This document shows, in pieces, positions 1 to 14,061 of a stretch of DNA of 64,000 nucleotides (its first letter is position 1; each line of letters starts with the position of its first letter). The stretch is taken from the NCBI GenBank assembly GCA_000165425.1, contig CT868675.1:62001-126000 (forward strand), read 5' to 3'. This DNA is from Paramecium tetraurelia (lineage: Eukaryota). The notes beneath the pieces were generated by a model. That model saw nothing but the letters and a program-made list of their open reading frames with translations, was not told the DNA's origin and ran no database searches. Both the position numbers and the translations under genes were made by a program.

Positions 1-2146
1 TTCTTTGAGTAGGATTCCTGATGAGGCTTCTTTATAATACTGAAATGTTAGTTTGTTTTAATTATTGTTTCTCCCTGCAGGAAAGAGAACGGTTCTATCT
101 TTAGTCATTTGAGCCTCCTATAGTTAATTCAGGATCTCCCTATCATCTTTCTCTATAACTGATAAATTATTCCCTAAATTTGTGATATTGTTGGGGTCGA
201 AATTAATAGGGAACCCTGCAGTTTTTAAGGTTGTTTTATTTGAATTCTTTCTAATACTTTTTACTTATTGTTCTTATATTGGAATTGTTTGTTCATCCTG
301 ACATTCTTATTCAATGTTAAATTGGTCTAAACTTTCTACATTTACATTGCTAGCTGATTGTTATTAATCAGGACTATAATTTTTCTATGCCAAAGAATTG
401 CTTACAAAACTCACTGATTAATGTGTTTAATCTAGTTAATTTGTACAATTTACTTTCAGAATAGGGCAATTGGGAAGTTTCAGGCAAATCATCTGAGACC
501 TACTCTTAACTCTATCTATTAGCATATTATCTGGCCTTATCCTGATTCAAACTCATATCTTGCCAAGCAAAATATTTTCTTAACCTCCTTGAATATTTTC
601 TTCTTTGTTATTTTTCAGTATATAAATGTTTTTCGATTGCATTTATTCTTTAAGGAAAATATTATAAATGTCTACATTCTACTACGTAATGTCCTCTGAT
701 TTTACAATAATAGCATTCAAATAACTTGGAATTATAAAACGCATTATCTTTCATTGTGCAAAATATTTCATTGTCTTTTGGATAATTCGATATTATTAAT
801 GTGAAATCAGATCTCTTTATTTTCATCAATGTGGTGACTCCTGAACTGAAGATACTAATGTTTGAAGGAATCCCTGTAATAAAAGAATATTATCCAAAAG
901 TTTATCCTTCACACAAAGTTGTTACTGCTCTTTTATTGGTACCAAAGGAAGAACCTTAAAATTAAACCTTAACTTATCCTTTTAAAATATAAAACAATCC
1001 CAAATCCTCTATTTGATGTTCCTTAAAATACTTATTATTTGTACAATTATGATATTGTCTTCTGGATTAAATGTCACTTATTCAATTTCATAAAGCAATT
1101 ATTATTTGAATTAAGGAGAGAATCTATTCATCAATTCAATCTTATCAATCATAGTTGATCTCAAAGACAGATCAATCTCATCCTCTAATTCAGGACTCAG
1201 CTTCTTAGTTAGTTGATCTTTCGTTTTGTTTAAATCTTCCTGAAAACATTAAAAATCTTATTTACATCTATTCTAAATTCTAAATACGAGTAACACCTTT
1301 TTAAAAGTCCATCATTTTCACATTTCTCCCTAAATCTTTCAACAAACCCTTTGAGTAGCTTTTGTTTCTCCTCTTCAATCTCTATATCTGGTTTAATCCA
1401 AATATAAATGATCATTGTTGTGTAAGCTAAACAAAGGTAAGATAGAACCATGTAAATGGATATCACTAATGAATTTTAACTAGTTATTTCAATGGCTAAA
1501 ATGCTAATGTCTATTTTACATATATTAGAACAATGGGTCAACAAGGAAATAGCAAAAGTAATACAAAAGTAAAGACTTGGATCCTCCTCGCAGTGAGAAA
1601 CTCTTATTGTTTTATATGTATACCTTGATAAATACAAGCAAAGGAAACTACTATTGACACCCACAGTTAGAATACAAAAATAAAATGGTGAGTGGACTTG
1701 TAGATATTTTCAAAATTTTCCACTTACCTAAAGAATTAGAATAGCATCATCAATAAGATCGCTACTAATTTTGCTCTGTTATCTATTTCAAAAACACTGC
1801 TTAGAGACAACAGGACAAGTCTTAAGATGTCGAATATTTTCTTTTTGTTATCCTTGTAATTGACTTTAATGATTCCCCTCGACAATTTGTAAGGGCCCCT
1901 TTAAAATATTAGGTCTTGGCAAATAGTTAGACATGCCAATCCATAAGCCATATAAGAAATGATTTTTATGATTTGGGAGACATCAAAAAATTAAGTAATT
2001 GGAATGAAAATACATGAGAGGATATTCGATAAGGTAGTGGATAGAAATATATACATAGTGAAGTAATGGTACTTGAGGGGGGAAACTAAGATAGAGTATA
2101 AATTCAGTATTACGTTCTTAATATTCTTGGGTAAGGATGGGATCAT
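1..2146 (-). CDS. CNG/EAG-family channel-like protein (TM region, C-linker, CNB-homology domain, CCHC knuckle); 3' end runs off the window
   Basis: Code-6 translation with small introns gives S6-like SLVISIYMVLSYLCLAYTTMIIYIWI, C-linker LLKRCYSYLEFRID...KKLSPELEDEI, CNBD LFYILKGQV...GQTFGQYSFITG...LMKIKRSDF, then CYYCKIRGHYVVEC. Start codon choice is tentative. Confidence 0.75.
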
Positions 2147-2185
2147 TATATTTGGAATAGTGAATTAAATTCAAAAATTTAACTT

Positions 2186-2653
2186 TCATATGATTAACCA
2201 ATAATTTTACCCTATCCTAATTGATTTACATAGATTTTTTATTTTCCAAAATTGAACGCATCTAGAAATAGACTATCTTTAAATTTATACTGAATTAAGC
2301 TGGGAAGAAAATTAGGAACTTTCATCTAAGTAATGAACTTAATGTTATTTTCGACCATCCTGTTTAATAGCAACTTGCTCTTGACTTTTATTGGAAATCA
2401 AATTGGTTATAATAGTAGGGGCTCTTAAGTCTTCACTTCCTTAAAAGTCTCTTGGTTATTGAGGAAAAGTCATTAAGAAAGTAGGCTTGGAGTGACCATA
2501 GATGTTTATCTAAGACAATGAGGAATGTTCTTCCTCTTCTTAAATGGATTGGCTATGGGAATATGGTACAGTTCTCATCTATTTTTTGGTTTGATTTTTA
2601 TCGATCAACTCTGAGTCCTTAATTTAAGGGATTTAAGGTTTTTTCTTGATCAT
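2186..2653 (-). CDS. hypothetical protein (~155 aa)
   Basis: ATG 2653 to TGA 2186 is open in code 6 (MIKKKPQIPQIKDSELID...); no recognised motif. Confidence 0.5.
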
Positions 2654-2704
2654 CTTAAAATATTATAATAAATAATTGATTAATAGTTAAAAATTTATTT
2701 ATCG

Positions 2705-3215
2705 TCATTAATTGCTTTAAAGCTCTCTACATCTTGCTTCGACAACCTCAATGCCTTTTTTAAAAGAACTGTTGAATTGAGATATCAATTTTGACACAAA
2801 AGTTTAATGAAAATTTGACAATAGTTTCTATTTAAATGATGCTAATATACAGAATAATGAGTTTTTTAATCGTCTATTGCTTTATAAATGATTGATTCGT
2901 CTCCTGAAAGGTTCGGGTAATACTTGCAGGCTTTCAATAACTTGGTTTGCATCTCCATGCTTCTGTTCTCAATATCAAAAGTGATCTCTTCCAGAGTCAA
3001 GCACCAAACCATGAATTTGCGAGCGTAGACCTAAGTTTAGAATAATGAGATCATACGATTCTCTTAATAGACATAGTATTATTGTCATTAAGCATCATAT
3101 CTACAACTTGATTGAATTTTATGAAGTCGAATTCTTTGCATGGATACTTTTTCCAGAAGCCTTTAACCACAGTCTCCCAATCGAAGTTAAATGTGTACTC
3201 AGAATGAATCTGCAT
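2705..3215 (-). CDS. PRELI/MSF1-family lipid-transfer protein
   Basis: MQIHSEYTFNFDWETVVKGFWKKYP...IKRIV...LEEITFDIENRSMEMQTK...DESIIYKA...KTHY follows the PRELI pattern; small GT..AG introns. Confidence 0.75.
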
Positions 3216-3318
3216 TATATAAAATTAGATATTCTAAATTTTGATTTTATACTTAATACAACAGATGTATTTATTTCATATTTAATATTCCGTACAATTT
3301 GTACCCTTAAAAACTCAT

Positions 3319-3965
3319 TCAATCGTATTATTAATTTGATTTATCATTAAAATATGTATACCTAATATCTCCTATATAATTAATCTAATCTGGATGATTT
3401 CCTTTCAGTTCTGACTATAGAGTTTCGAGTGGAGACTTGACAAAAGTATAAGACTCAGCACCTTTCATTGTGGATGTATCCTAGACTCATAGTTATGATA
3501 ATTATGTTTAAACTCTAGCTGAGTTCTTTAAAAATAGATAGTGAGGTTATTAGGATCCATTTAAAGCTCAACTCTCTCTTCCATCATTTAACCAAATCTC
3601 TAATAAATTTCTTTACTCTACCATGCATTTTTCCAACATTCGTTTTTTATCCTTCCTAAACATCATAATTTGTTATCAACTTCTCAATAATAATTTCAAC
3701 ACTTCTTACTTCACTTGATCTCTACAAAAAGCAATCACAATTGTAAAATTTCTCCACTGTATTAAATTCTTGAATCTCTTTTAGATTTATATCATAATAA
3801 TGATCTGACCCTGCTATCTCCTTCCTACCTTTAGGAGCATATATAACAATGCATTATGTCCTTGAATTCAGTTGGATATATAAAGACCTCTAGCCATCAT
3901 ATGAATTTGGATGGTTATATACTATTCATATCAAAATTATCTTCTAGTTACAATGTACTTTTCAT
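3319..3965 (-). pseudogene. possible degraded gene
   Basis: Coding-like composition from ATG 3965, but every frame hits a TGA that I could not remove with plausible small introns. Confidence 0.25.
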
Positions 3966-4671
3966 TTATGTCAACAAAAATTAAAAAGAATAATTTGAGA
4001 TTATTGGAAAAATAAGAAAATTAATCAATTTAAATACAAATAATGAATATTCTTGGTAATCTCTTCTTTTGTAGAAAAGGTTGTTTTATCAATCTCTTTT
4101 CTTTTGACTAAATAATTCACTAATAAATTGCTTAATTATTGGCATTTATGTCTAGACTATAGAGTAATTAATATTTAAAGGAAGTTTTCAGTAATATTTT
4201 GAAGTATTCATTATAATTACTTATTAAAATAATGATATATCTAAAATATTTTCGGATGGAATTAATATTGAAACCAATTTCTTTTTTACAATCATATACC
4301 TATAATAAAATTAAATAGAAGTAAAGACTTTTAAATATTGCGTTATGAAACTTGAAAATTATTGTTTTAATTATTTTAAATTGAGTTAAATATAAATCAT
4401 AGGAATATTTCTAAATTTAAATTCAATTTTGCTTAATGTATTACAAGATCTACAGTTTATTAATGACCTTCCAATAAGATTATCATTAATGCATTAATTA
4501 ATTTTCCAAACAACAAAAGAAATTATTTATTCCTAAAATTTATATTTAAATAATTTATTAACAAGATTGTAAATTAATTCATAAAAGAATTTATTCGTAA
4601 AAATGTGTTCTAAAAATAGAATGGATTTGAAATAAAGTGTAAGAAAATGTTATCTTAATCAATTTAATAGA

Positions 4672-7600
4672 ATGAATTAAAAGCCTTAAAGTAGAAGTGC
4701 CTCTGCAATTATTACGGCATTTACTTAACAATAGTACATATCTTATCTTATCATCAAGTTAAGAGATTCAATTACTAGACGCCTAAAGAGAGTTTGATGA
4801 TATGACGAAGGAGATGATGCAAAGGAGGAAGAGGTTGTTGAAATAGAATGAGAAAGGTGTGTAGAATGAGAAAGTTGACACGTCTAAAGCAGAGAAATTC
4901 AAAAACATGGTGCATACATTTATTTATTTTAGGATGAACATTCCATACCGTTAACAGAATTAGAGCAAAGATTAGAAACTTCATTGATTAATGGGCTTTC
5001 TTCAGATCAATTAGATGAAAAATTGAAGTAATATGGGAAAAACACTCTCACTTAAAAAGAAAAGTCACCATGGTATATACAATTATTACATGAATTGACA
5101 AATGTTTTTGCTTTATTACTTTGGGCAGCATCAGGATTGTGTTTTCTAGCATATGGGTTAACTCCAGAAGATCCCTCAAACGTAAGAAATGCTTTATTAT
5201 GTAGTTATACCTTGGGATAGTTCTAATTGCATGCATTTTAATAACAGCCCTTATGACTTATTTTTAGAATAGGAAATCGGAGGCCATAATGCAAGGATTC
5301 GTGAATTTTATACCTCCTGAAACCATAGTGATACGGGATGGGAAATAGTAGAAACTCCCAGCAGTCGATTTAGTTCCAGGAGATATAGTGATTATAGAAT
5401 CTGGAAAAAAGATTCCTGCTGACATCAGAATTATCGAGAGCAACCAAATGAAAGTAGACAATTCAAGTTTGACAGGAGAATCACTGTTATTGATAAGATC
5501 TCCAGAATGCACTCATGTAGAAAATCCATTAGAAACAAAAAATCTGGTATTCTTTGGTACTTTATGCAAAGAGGTATTTTAAATCGTTATTCAAAGGGTA
5601 CAGGGAAAGGAGTGGTCATCTTTACAGGAGACAAGACCGTGATTGGATAGATAGCAGGATTGGTTTAGAGTTCGATGGTGGAGGAGACCCCATTAAAAAA
5701 AGAACTTGATGCATTCACTATATACATAGCATGTATAGCCTTATCTATAGGAATTTTGTTCTTCGTATTAGGTTTTGCAGTGGGATATCGTAATTATTAT
5801 TATATAATATTTAGCTGCTATTTAAAATCTAATATTTGCAGTTGGTATTATTTCTGCAAATGTTCCTGAAGGGTTATTAGCCACTGTAGTGGTCGCATTA
5901 TCTATAACAGCAAAGAAGTTGGCTGGTCTAAAAGTGTTAGTGAAAAACCTTGAAGGAGTTGAAACTTTAGGATCAACTTCGTGCATTTGTTCAGACAAAA
6001 CAGGAACTTTAACATAAAATAAAATGACTGTTGAAAACATTTGGTATAATGGTAAGAAAATGAGAGGACACAATAAGGAGAAAATGGGGCCTTATTTCAA
6101 TTATTAATATGATGTCCAAGACCCAACTTTTAGGCTTTTGCATGAAACGGCAGTAATTTGTTCTGAAGCTGTATTTGATGATAGTCTGCCTTAGAATATA
6201 ACAATTAAGATTAATAACTCAATTGGTTTATCATAAGCTCAAAAAGATTAAAAATTGGAGGAAGCCAAAGCCTAATGGAATAAGGATTTTAAAAAATTAA
6301 GTTGTTAAGAAAAGCCCACAATTGGAGATGCATCAGAGACTGCTCTTATAAAGTTCTTTTAACCAATAGAGGATATTTTATAAACTAGAGCGAATAAAAA
6401 TATTGCAAAGGATAAAAATTAGTAAATTGCTAGAAAGCCTTTTAATTCAACAAACAAATTTGCATGTATCATCATAGAAGATGAATAAGAAGACTCTCAC
6501 TTCACTTTATTGACCAAGGGAGCTCCTGAAAGGATATGGTCATTATGTGATAGTATTTATTGTAATGGAAAAGTGGAAATCATAGATGAGAAGTGGTCAT
6601 AAGAATTTGATGAGATAAACGGAAAATTTGGAAGACAAGGTGAAAGAGTGTTAGGATTTTCAAGAATTCCTTTACCTAAGTCTCAATTTTCAAAGCATTA
6701 TAAATTTGATTTAGACAATTTCAACTTTCCATTCAAATAACAAACCTTTGTTGGACTCATCTCTTTGATTGATCCGCCAAAGGATTCAGTTCCAAATGCT
6801 GTGTAAAAATGCAAATCTGCTGGCATTCAAGTAATTATGGTCACAGGAGATTAACCAGTTACTGCTGCTGCTATAGCACGATAATGTAATATAATAACAG
6901 AAAAGACCGTAAATGAAATAATGGAAGAAAAGAATATTACATTTGAAGAAGCCTTCCATTAATCAAATGCTCTGGTAATCCATGGAGATAGATTGACAAA
7001 AATGGCCATTGATGACGAAGGCCTACCTGAAGACGAAAAAGGTCGATAGTTACAAGAATGGTTGAACAAACCACAACTTGTTTTTGCAAGAACTAGTCCT
7101 GCTCAAAAATTAATCATAGTATCTGGATGTCAAAAAAGAGGTCATATTGTTGCTGTAACAGGAGATGGTGTTAATGATAGTCCTGCTATTAAAAAGGCAG
7201 ACATTGGAATTGCTATGGGAATCACAGGCTCAGATGTTGCTAAGGATGCTGCTGATATGATATTATTAAATGATGATTTCTCAAGTATTGTGGTGGGAAT
7301 TCAAGAAGGAAGAAGAATATTTGATAACTTTAAAAAGGTTATAGTGTATTCATTGACCTCCAATATTGCAGAATTAGTTCCATTTTTAGGATTTATTGTA
7401 TTTAGACTACCATTACCACTTACTACTGTCCTGGTCTTGTGTATCTAAGTAGGAACAGATATCTTTCCATCAATGGTCTTTGTGTTTGAGGAGGCTGATC
7501 TAGATGTGATGACCAGGAGACCGAGAAACAAGAATGAGCATTTGGTTGGAGGGTAATTAATTACCTTTGCTTATGCCTAAAATGGAGTATTAGAAACATT

Positions 7601-8359
7601 TTGCGGATTCTTCTAATGGTATATTTCCTTCAATGACTTTGGCTTCACTCCATCATCTCTTTATTTCTTATTGAATAAACAAGGAGTACTTCCTAAATAT
7701 CATGACATTTACAATCCTAAAGATCCGTGGTTTGGTAACTCCAATCTTAGAGAATCTTACCCTGATGGAACTTGTGAAGGATCAGACTTAACAGGATAAG
7801 AGGATATTGATTGGATATATCCTAAGCATGGAGCTCATGACTTAAGGATGGTTCTACTTAAATGTGAAAATGGTAAAATCGTTTCAAATATGGAATGGGG
7901 AGATTGTAACATAGATTTAATATCACCTGTTACACAAAGACCTTACTGCTATCACACTGAAGCATCAAGCTATTCATAGACTTCCTTCTTTTTTGGAGTT
8001 GTATTAGGATAAATTTGCAATTATCAAGCATTGAGATAACTCAAAGGATCAGTAATCTATAATGGTACCTTTTTATTTCTATACTTAGGATTTGATAATG
8101 TTTTCATGTACTTGGCCTATTTTATAGAATTTTTAATTACATGGAGTCTGTCTTATATTGAAATTTTCAATACAGGATTTGGAACTAGAGACATTTTGTT
8201 CATTCACTATGGAATTTGTGGTCTTCCATTTGGTATAGTCATGATTCTCTGGAATGAAGGAAGAAAAGTTTGCGTAAATTAATAAATTAATCTTAGATCC
8301 GTATTTTCAAATCAAAAACCGCTTTTCCAAGTTGGTGGGATAGGTGCGTTGTTTATTGA
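4672..8359 (+). CDS. P-type ATPase IIC (Na+/K+-ATPase alpha-like)
   Basis: [75 protein letters not shown]-terminus WWDRCVVY*; several ~23-25 nt introns. Confidence 0.95.
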
Positions 8360-8400
8360 TTATCAAAAATATAGATATTTTATAATTCAATCTAAATTAA

Positions 8401-9470
8401 TCATATATTCTTTTTAATAATTTTAGTTTTGATTAAATTATTAATATTGGAATAATTTTTGTGAATCATCTTGTGTTCCAAATGAATTTGTGCATTTTAC
8501 TAAAAAAGCATTCAATAATCTCACAACTTAAGAGTCTTTTTACAATGAATGTAAAATGGGATGTATTTAATTGAATTCATTATAACCTAATCCTTCTAAT
8601 TATTATAATACTCTAAACATTGGAGAAAGACGATTCAAATCCTTACAATCTACGATTTTATTTGTTAATTTCACTACAATTCAACACTTTAGTAAATATG
8701 GTGAGGCTTCTTCAAAGTCTATAGCATGATTTTATAAAACTTAGCATAATCTGTCAATCATCCTAAACTCATTTGTCGAATTAAGTATCTCTATCCATCA
8801 TACCTAGTAAATTTTCTAATTCAAATTCAACCTTAATTTAATAGGTTAACGATCCTAAATAATAGAGTATTTTCTAGAACTATTTATTGTGATATTTCAT
8901 GATCCATATCATTCTGGTAAAGAGTAGATGAAGTAATATCCTATAAATATTACTTTACTGCTTAAAACATATACGGCATAGTTTAAAAATGCAATTCACT
9001 ATATTTTAGTAATAATTGATGCAATTCAGAAATGATTGCCCATAAATTATTATAATTAGGCAATGCCCCTTTTAAAAATAGAATTGCTTATTCAGAAGTA
9101 ACTAATTATTATTATTAATGAAGTCTAAAATTCTTTTTTAGAAAAGAATTTTTCTCTCTAATTTCTTCTTAGTTAAGTATGAAAAAATTTCCCTTTTTTA
9201 CTTCAATCATTCAAAATAATTACATAAATATTTCATATTAATTAATTTCTCAAAATAATAAAATTGTTGATAACATTATTATAAGATTGCATATTGCTCC
9301 CTCTCATTTACTTAATTTGGAGACACTCTGTTTCCAGGTGTTATGAAAGACAATCTAATAAACTTTAATACTTAAAAATAGTGATGATTAATTACTAACT
9401 AAAATTATAAAATATCAGGTTAGAAGCGCTAATATATGTAATGAATTTGATTAAATCTAAGCATCAGTCA
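8401..9470 (-). CDS. hypothetical protein, boundaries uncertain
   Basis: Long code-6 open stretches with intron-like gaps; no motif recognised. Confidence 0.3.
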
Positions 9471-9803
9471 TGAATAAATAAAAAATTATAATATTGATTT
9501 ATATAAAAGAACCAATATAGGGAATAAAAATTTGATAATACATTCAAATCTATACATGAACAAAACTTATTTGTTATTCAATATCGAATTATGAAGATAA
9601 TATCACATTCACTGAACCGATAACATATTCTAAGATTATCAATTATTATTCAAATGAATTTCTTTCATATTTTGTTAAATTTTCAAACTTATCTTAATAA
9701 TCAATTTGAGATATAAAACAAAATTGAGATTATATGTATTTTAAGGAATCGAATTAATGATGATTGAAGTGCTTGATTCTATTTTATAATTATTTATTTT
9801 ATA

Positions 9804-10205
9804 ATGTAAGAAACACCTACTCCTGATATAACTGATGAATAAGTATAATAGTTCTAAAAAGATCATTATTTCGAACATGAAATAAAAGGCGAGACTCTCC
9901 AAGGTTTGGCTATTAAATATAATATTACTCCGGAATCTATTCGAAAATTTAACAATCTCACAACAAATGAAATTTATCATCTCAAATCAATTATAATTCC
10001 AAATTAGTCCTCCTACGAATATTAATCAAATGAAATGGATTAAAATTCTATCCATAAAATATTTCTGTTGCAATATATGATGAAAAGCATTCTGGACCCC
10101 ACTGATAGTAGTGAAAAAGTAGCAAAATATTACTTGGAAGTTGCTGATTGGGATTTAAACAAGGCGATGAAAGAATACTAGGAAGATAGAGAATTTGATA
10201 AATGA
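9804..10205 (+). CDS. LysM domain + C-terminal UBA-like protein (133 aa)
   Basis: Intronless: HEIKGETLQGLAIKYNITPESIRKFNNL...IIIP (LysM); EKVAKYYLEVADWDLNKAMKEY (UBA-like three-helix motif). Confidence 0.8.
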
Positions 10206-10339
10206 ACACTTTATTTTTATAAAATTATTTTCGTAAATTCTGAGTCTCAAAAAATATGGTTCTTCTAATGGATTATTTTTCAAATTATATTTATTGTTAA
10301 TAGTAAATTCAGGTAATTGATTATATAGAAACAATTAGA

Positions 10340-13300
10340 ATGATAAATTCTAAAGAGAAAAACTCATCTACTCGATTCAAAAAGAGACAAAGATCAACAG
10401 ATACTTATTTAAATTCTCAAATCCTAAAATTGCAAAGTCAACCCTAATTTCAATGTATAACAAACACCACATTATAAATTTTAGAGTTATTACAGAAGGC
10501 CTATTCAATGCACTTCCAAACTTAGCCTCAAGAGCCTCCCAAATCAAAGATTAAACAATTGGTATATTAAGTGATTTAAGTATACCATACAATTATTATA
10601 TTTAGAAACAACCGAAAACAGTCCTACAGGAATCTAAAAATAATATATCCAACCTTGCCTTAAATGTCAATTCTAAAGATTCAAATACAATCATAAAAAA
10701 CCATTCCAAAAAGCAACATTCTTTTAGTCATTATAACAGTAATTAAAATTCTTATTCTTTTTAGCTGATAGTAGTAATTTAAAGGAGAACGAGAATATTA
10801 TGTATAATATGAATCATTTATCGAATATTTCCTTTAAGGATTGTCTCAACAGACAAGGTAATTTAAATTTATTTAAATTAAGCAAAATACATTAAATAAC
10901 GTACTGAAAATTCTTAAAAGATTGTTGATGGAAAAAAAATGATCAAACAAGGTTAAATATAAGAAGCTCCAAATTTATTTGAGAAAGTAATTCAGGGTAG
11001 TGATGATCCTGAAATAAGATTTTAAATTGCTATATAATATTTTGACTAATAAGAATTTTCTTAAGTTATTTTGAATTTGAATCATCTAATTTAAGAACAT
11101 CCTCTTTTCAATAAAAAGGCATACATTATCCTTTCAATTGCATTGAAAAAGTAAGATTAAATCAATGAATCTTTGAATGTGGTATTGTTTATTACTATTT
11201 CCAAAGCTTACTCTATGTATAAAGCATTATGCCAAATACTTTGATGCTTATATAATTCGAGGTAAATTGTACTTGAAGGTTCAAAAACTTGATAAGGCTT
11301 TGGAAGATTTTATGACCGCTGCTGAATTAAAACCAAATAAGGCGATTGGTTTTATTGGAAAGGGCGATTGTTTTAGACTGATGAATAATGTACATATGAG
11401 CCTATTAGCATATGGATAAGCAATTTAATTGGAGGATTAATTCAAAAGATCTGCTTTGATCAAACGAACATTGCTGTATTTAGATTAGAAGGATTATGTT
11501 TCAGCTTTGGCAGATATCAGTAAGGCTATAGAAATTGATAACTAAGATTCAGATGCTTTATATCTGAAAGGCTTTTTGTGTACAAAAAGAAGTAAATTAT
11601 TGAAAGCTAGTTAGATGAAATTTAAGAAGCTACATTAGCCTATGAATAAGCAATCAAATATAATAATTCTAAAAAAGCTGTTTCCAAGTCGATCTATGAA
11701 TAAGCCAAAATATTAATTTAATAGAAGGACTTTTATGAAGCTTAATATCAATTGAGAAGAGCTGAACACTTAGATGTTGATAAAACAGTTATTGAAAATA
11801 TCAAACAGTTTACTGAAGGTGTAATTCTTTTGATGAAAAAATAATTTGAGGAAGGAGTATCTCAATTAACAGAATTATTATCGAATCACTAAGAAGAAGA
11901 TTTCTTGAGAAGATTAATAATTTCATACAGATCATATGGTTATTTCTGTCTATCTTAGTATTAGAGGTCATTATAGGATCTTGAATCATTAGATTAACTT
12001 GAGAAACCTTCAATTTACAATAAGTTTATTCTTGAAGGGATTATGGCGACGGTTTCAAATTAATTTGAATTATCATTAGGGTATTTTGTGAAGGCGTCAA
12101 AATTAATGCCAAAAAAAATGGAACCTTACTTTTATAGAGCAGTAGCCATAGTCAAATTTTATTGTTAACTTATTCCAAAGGATGATGAAGTGAAAAAAAA
12201 CAAATTTTTGAATGATGCAATTAAATTGTTGAATTTGGCAGTAAAATTAAATGAAAATTCGAATTTACTTTATTGTAGAGGAATAATACTGTTTTCTTTA
12301 AATAGATTGGATGATTCTTTGAGTGATTTAAACAAAGCAATTGATAAATCAGATGAAAATGTGGCTAAATATTTTTATGTGCGTGGATTAATTTAAGCAT
12401 GTAGATAACAATATAAATAAGGATTAAATGATTTGAGTATAGCCATCAATTTAGACGAGTCCTATTCAGACGCCTATTTATGTAGAGCTAAGGTGTTTTT
12501 AATACTCAAAGATACTAATCGTGCTTTTTATGATTTATAAAAGTTTCAAGAATCTTGCTTAAATGTATAAGATTAAATCATGATCGGAAACCTATTTTAT
12601 TAAATGGGGGCATTTGAAGAAGCTATTTCATCATATTCTAATATGATCAATTCTGAAAAATGCTCATAAGCTTTATATCATAGAGCCAAAACATTTGTTA
12701 CTATAAAAGAATTAAATAATGCCATATAGGACTTACAAAAATTGGTTGAATGTTCTACTGATATTGCAGCCTTTGTTGACTTGAATGTTTTGTAGCAATT
12801 AAAATTAACTTCAATAGGAAATTGTGGTTAAAATTAATTGCAAAATAGTATAGATTGCCTAAATTAGTTCTTAAGAAATGGAAATGAAGGGAAGATCTTC
12901 AACACATACGATATTAAATTCTATAGATGTTTGTTTCAATTTTATCTAAAATAATTTGATGCTGCATTGATCTCTCTTCTTGAATCTTATGAAACACTTT
13001 AGGGAAATGATGCTGGTGTACTCAAAGAGTAAACTCTAATCAATAGAGCCTATAACTAGTTAGAATTCTAATTTAATTAATCTATCCTGTATTTATTATA
13101 AGGATAAACTGGCTTGGGGATTGAGAATCTAATAAAATTAAAGGATAAAATTTAATAGTAAGAATAAAAGAATCTACTTTAAATATTTTTGGACCTATTA
13201 ATAGATGATTAAAGTGAACAAACTTAATTGAAAAAAGAACTGTGTTAATTGACAGATCTTATTATTTTACCATAGAATAATAGATTGTGTATGATATATC

Positions 13301-13705
13301 CAATGGTGAAAATTCCTTTAAAAAAATACAAATAACAACTTTAAACAAGGTTATCATTTTGTTTGCCCTAAGTGGAAATCCCAGAAATGCTTCCTTAATT
13401 TGATTTTAAATTAATGGAGACTCTAAGTGTATATTTTTAATAATTACGATTAGCCAATAGTTGTGGAAAACAAACCAGAAGCTCCGTGGATATAAAGAAT
13501 AGATGATGGTGTAATCTTTACTTAAAATCTGTAAAATGCTGATGATTTAGATTTAAAATCTACTGCAAGATAATCAAATGAGGAATCAGAATTTTAGTTA
13601 TTTCGACATTAATTAAATAATAAATTAGAAAAAGAGGATTTTATTTTGTTTGGCCAAGATGTTATTTAGCAAGAAGAGGAGACTAATACTTCAAAAAAGA
13701 ATTGA
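10340..13705 (+). CDS. large tetratricopeptide-repeat protein
   Basis: Many TPR units, e.g. DAYIIRGKLYLKVQKLDKALEDFMTAAELKP and LLYCRGIILFSLNRLDDSLSDLNKAI; small introns. Confidence 0.85.
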
Positions 13706-13776
13706 GTCTTTTATAATAATGATTAATGAATTATTTAAAATATTAATAGATGAGTTCATTTATGAATTTGATATAT

Positions 13777-14061
13777 TCAATAATACTTAGTTGTCATGTT
13801 AGAATTGTCATCATCCTCCTCATCATCACTCCATAAACCAATGGCTTTATATAATGCTCCGAAATCTATTACAAGGACACGTTCTCCTTTGAGAACACTT
13901 AGCATATTGTATTGCAATTCAATAAAAGAATTGAAAATGTTAACTATTCTTCTTTGTATGTTCAAAATAATTGCTATTGGAATTTAAAAGAGAAGCCGAA
14001 ATCCTAATCCAATTATAGTCAAAAGGAAAATGATTAGTATTTTAATAAAATTATACAACAT
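13777..14061 (-). CDS. small hydrophobic hypothetical protein (94 aa)
   Basis: MLYNFIKILIIFLLTIIGLGFRLLFQIPIAII...LWSDDEEDDD...YY*, open in code 6. Confidence 0.55.

Noticed and set aside
4672..8359. Many in-frame TAA/TAG suggesting pseudogenes
   Set aside because: These are Gln codons under the ciliate code; the catalytic motifs are intact.
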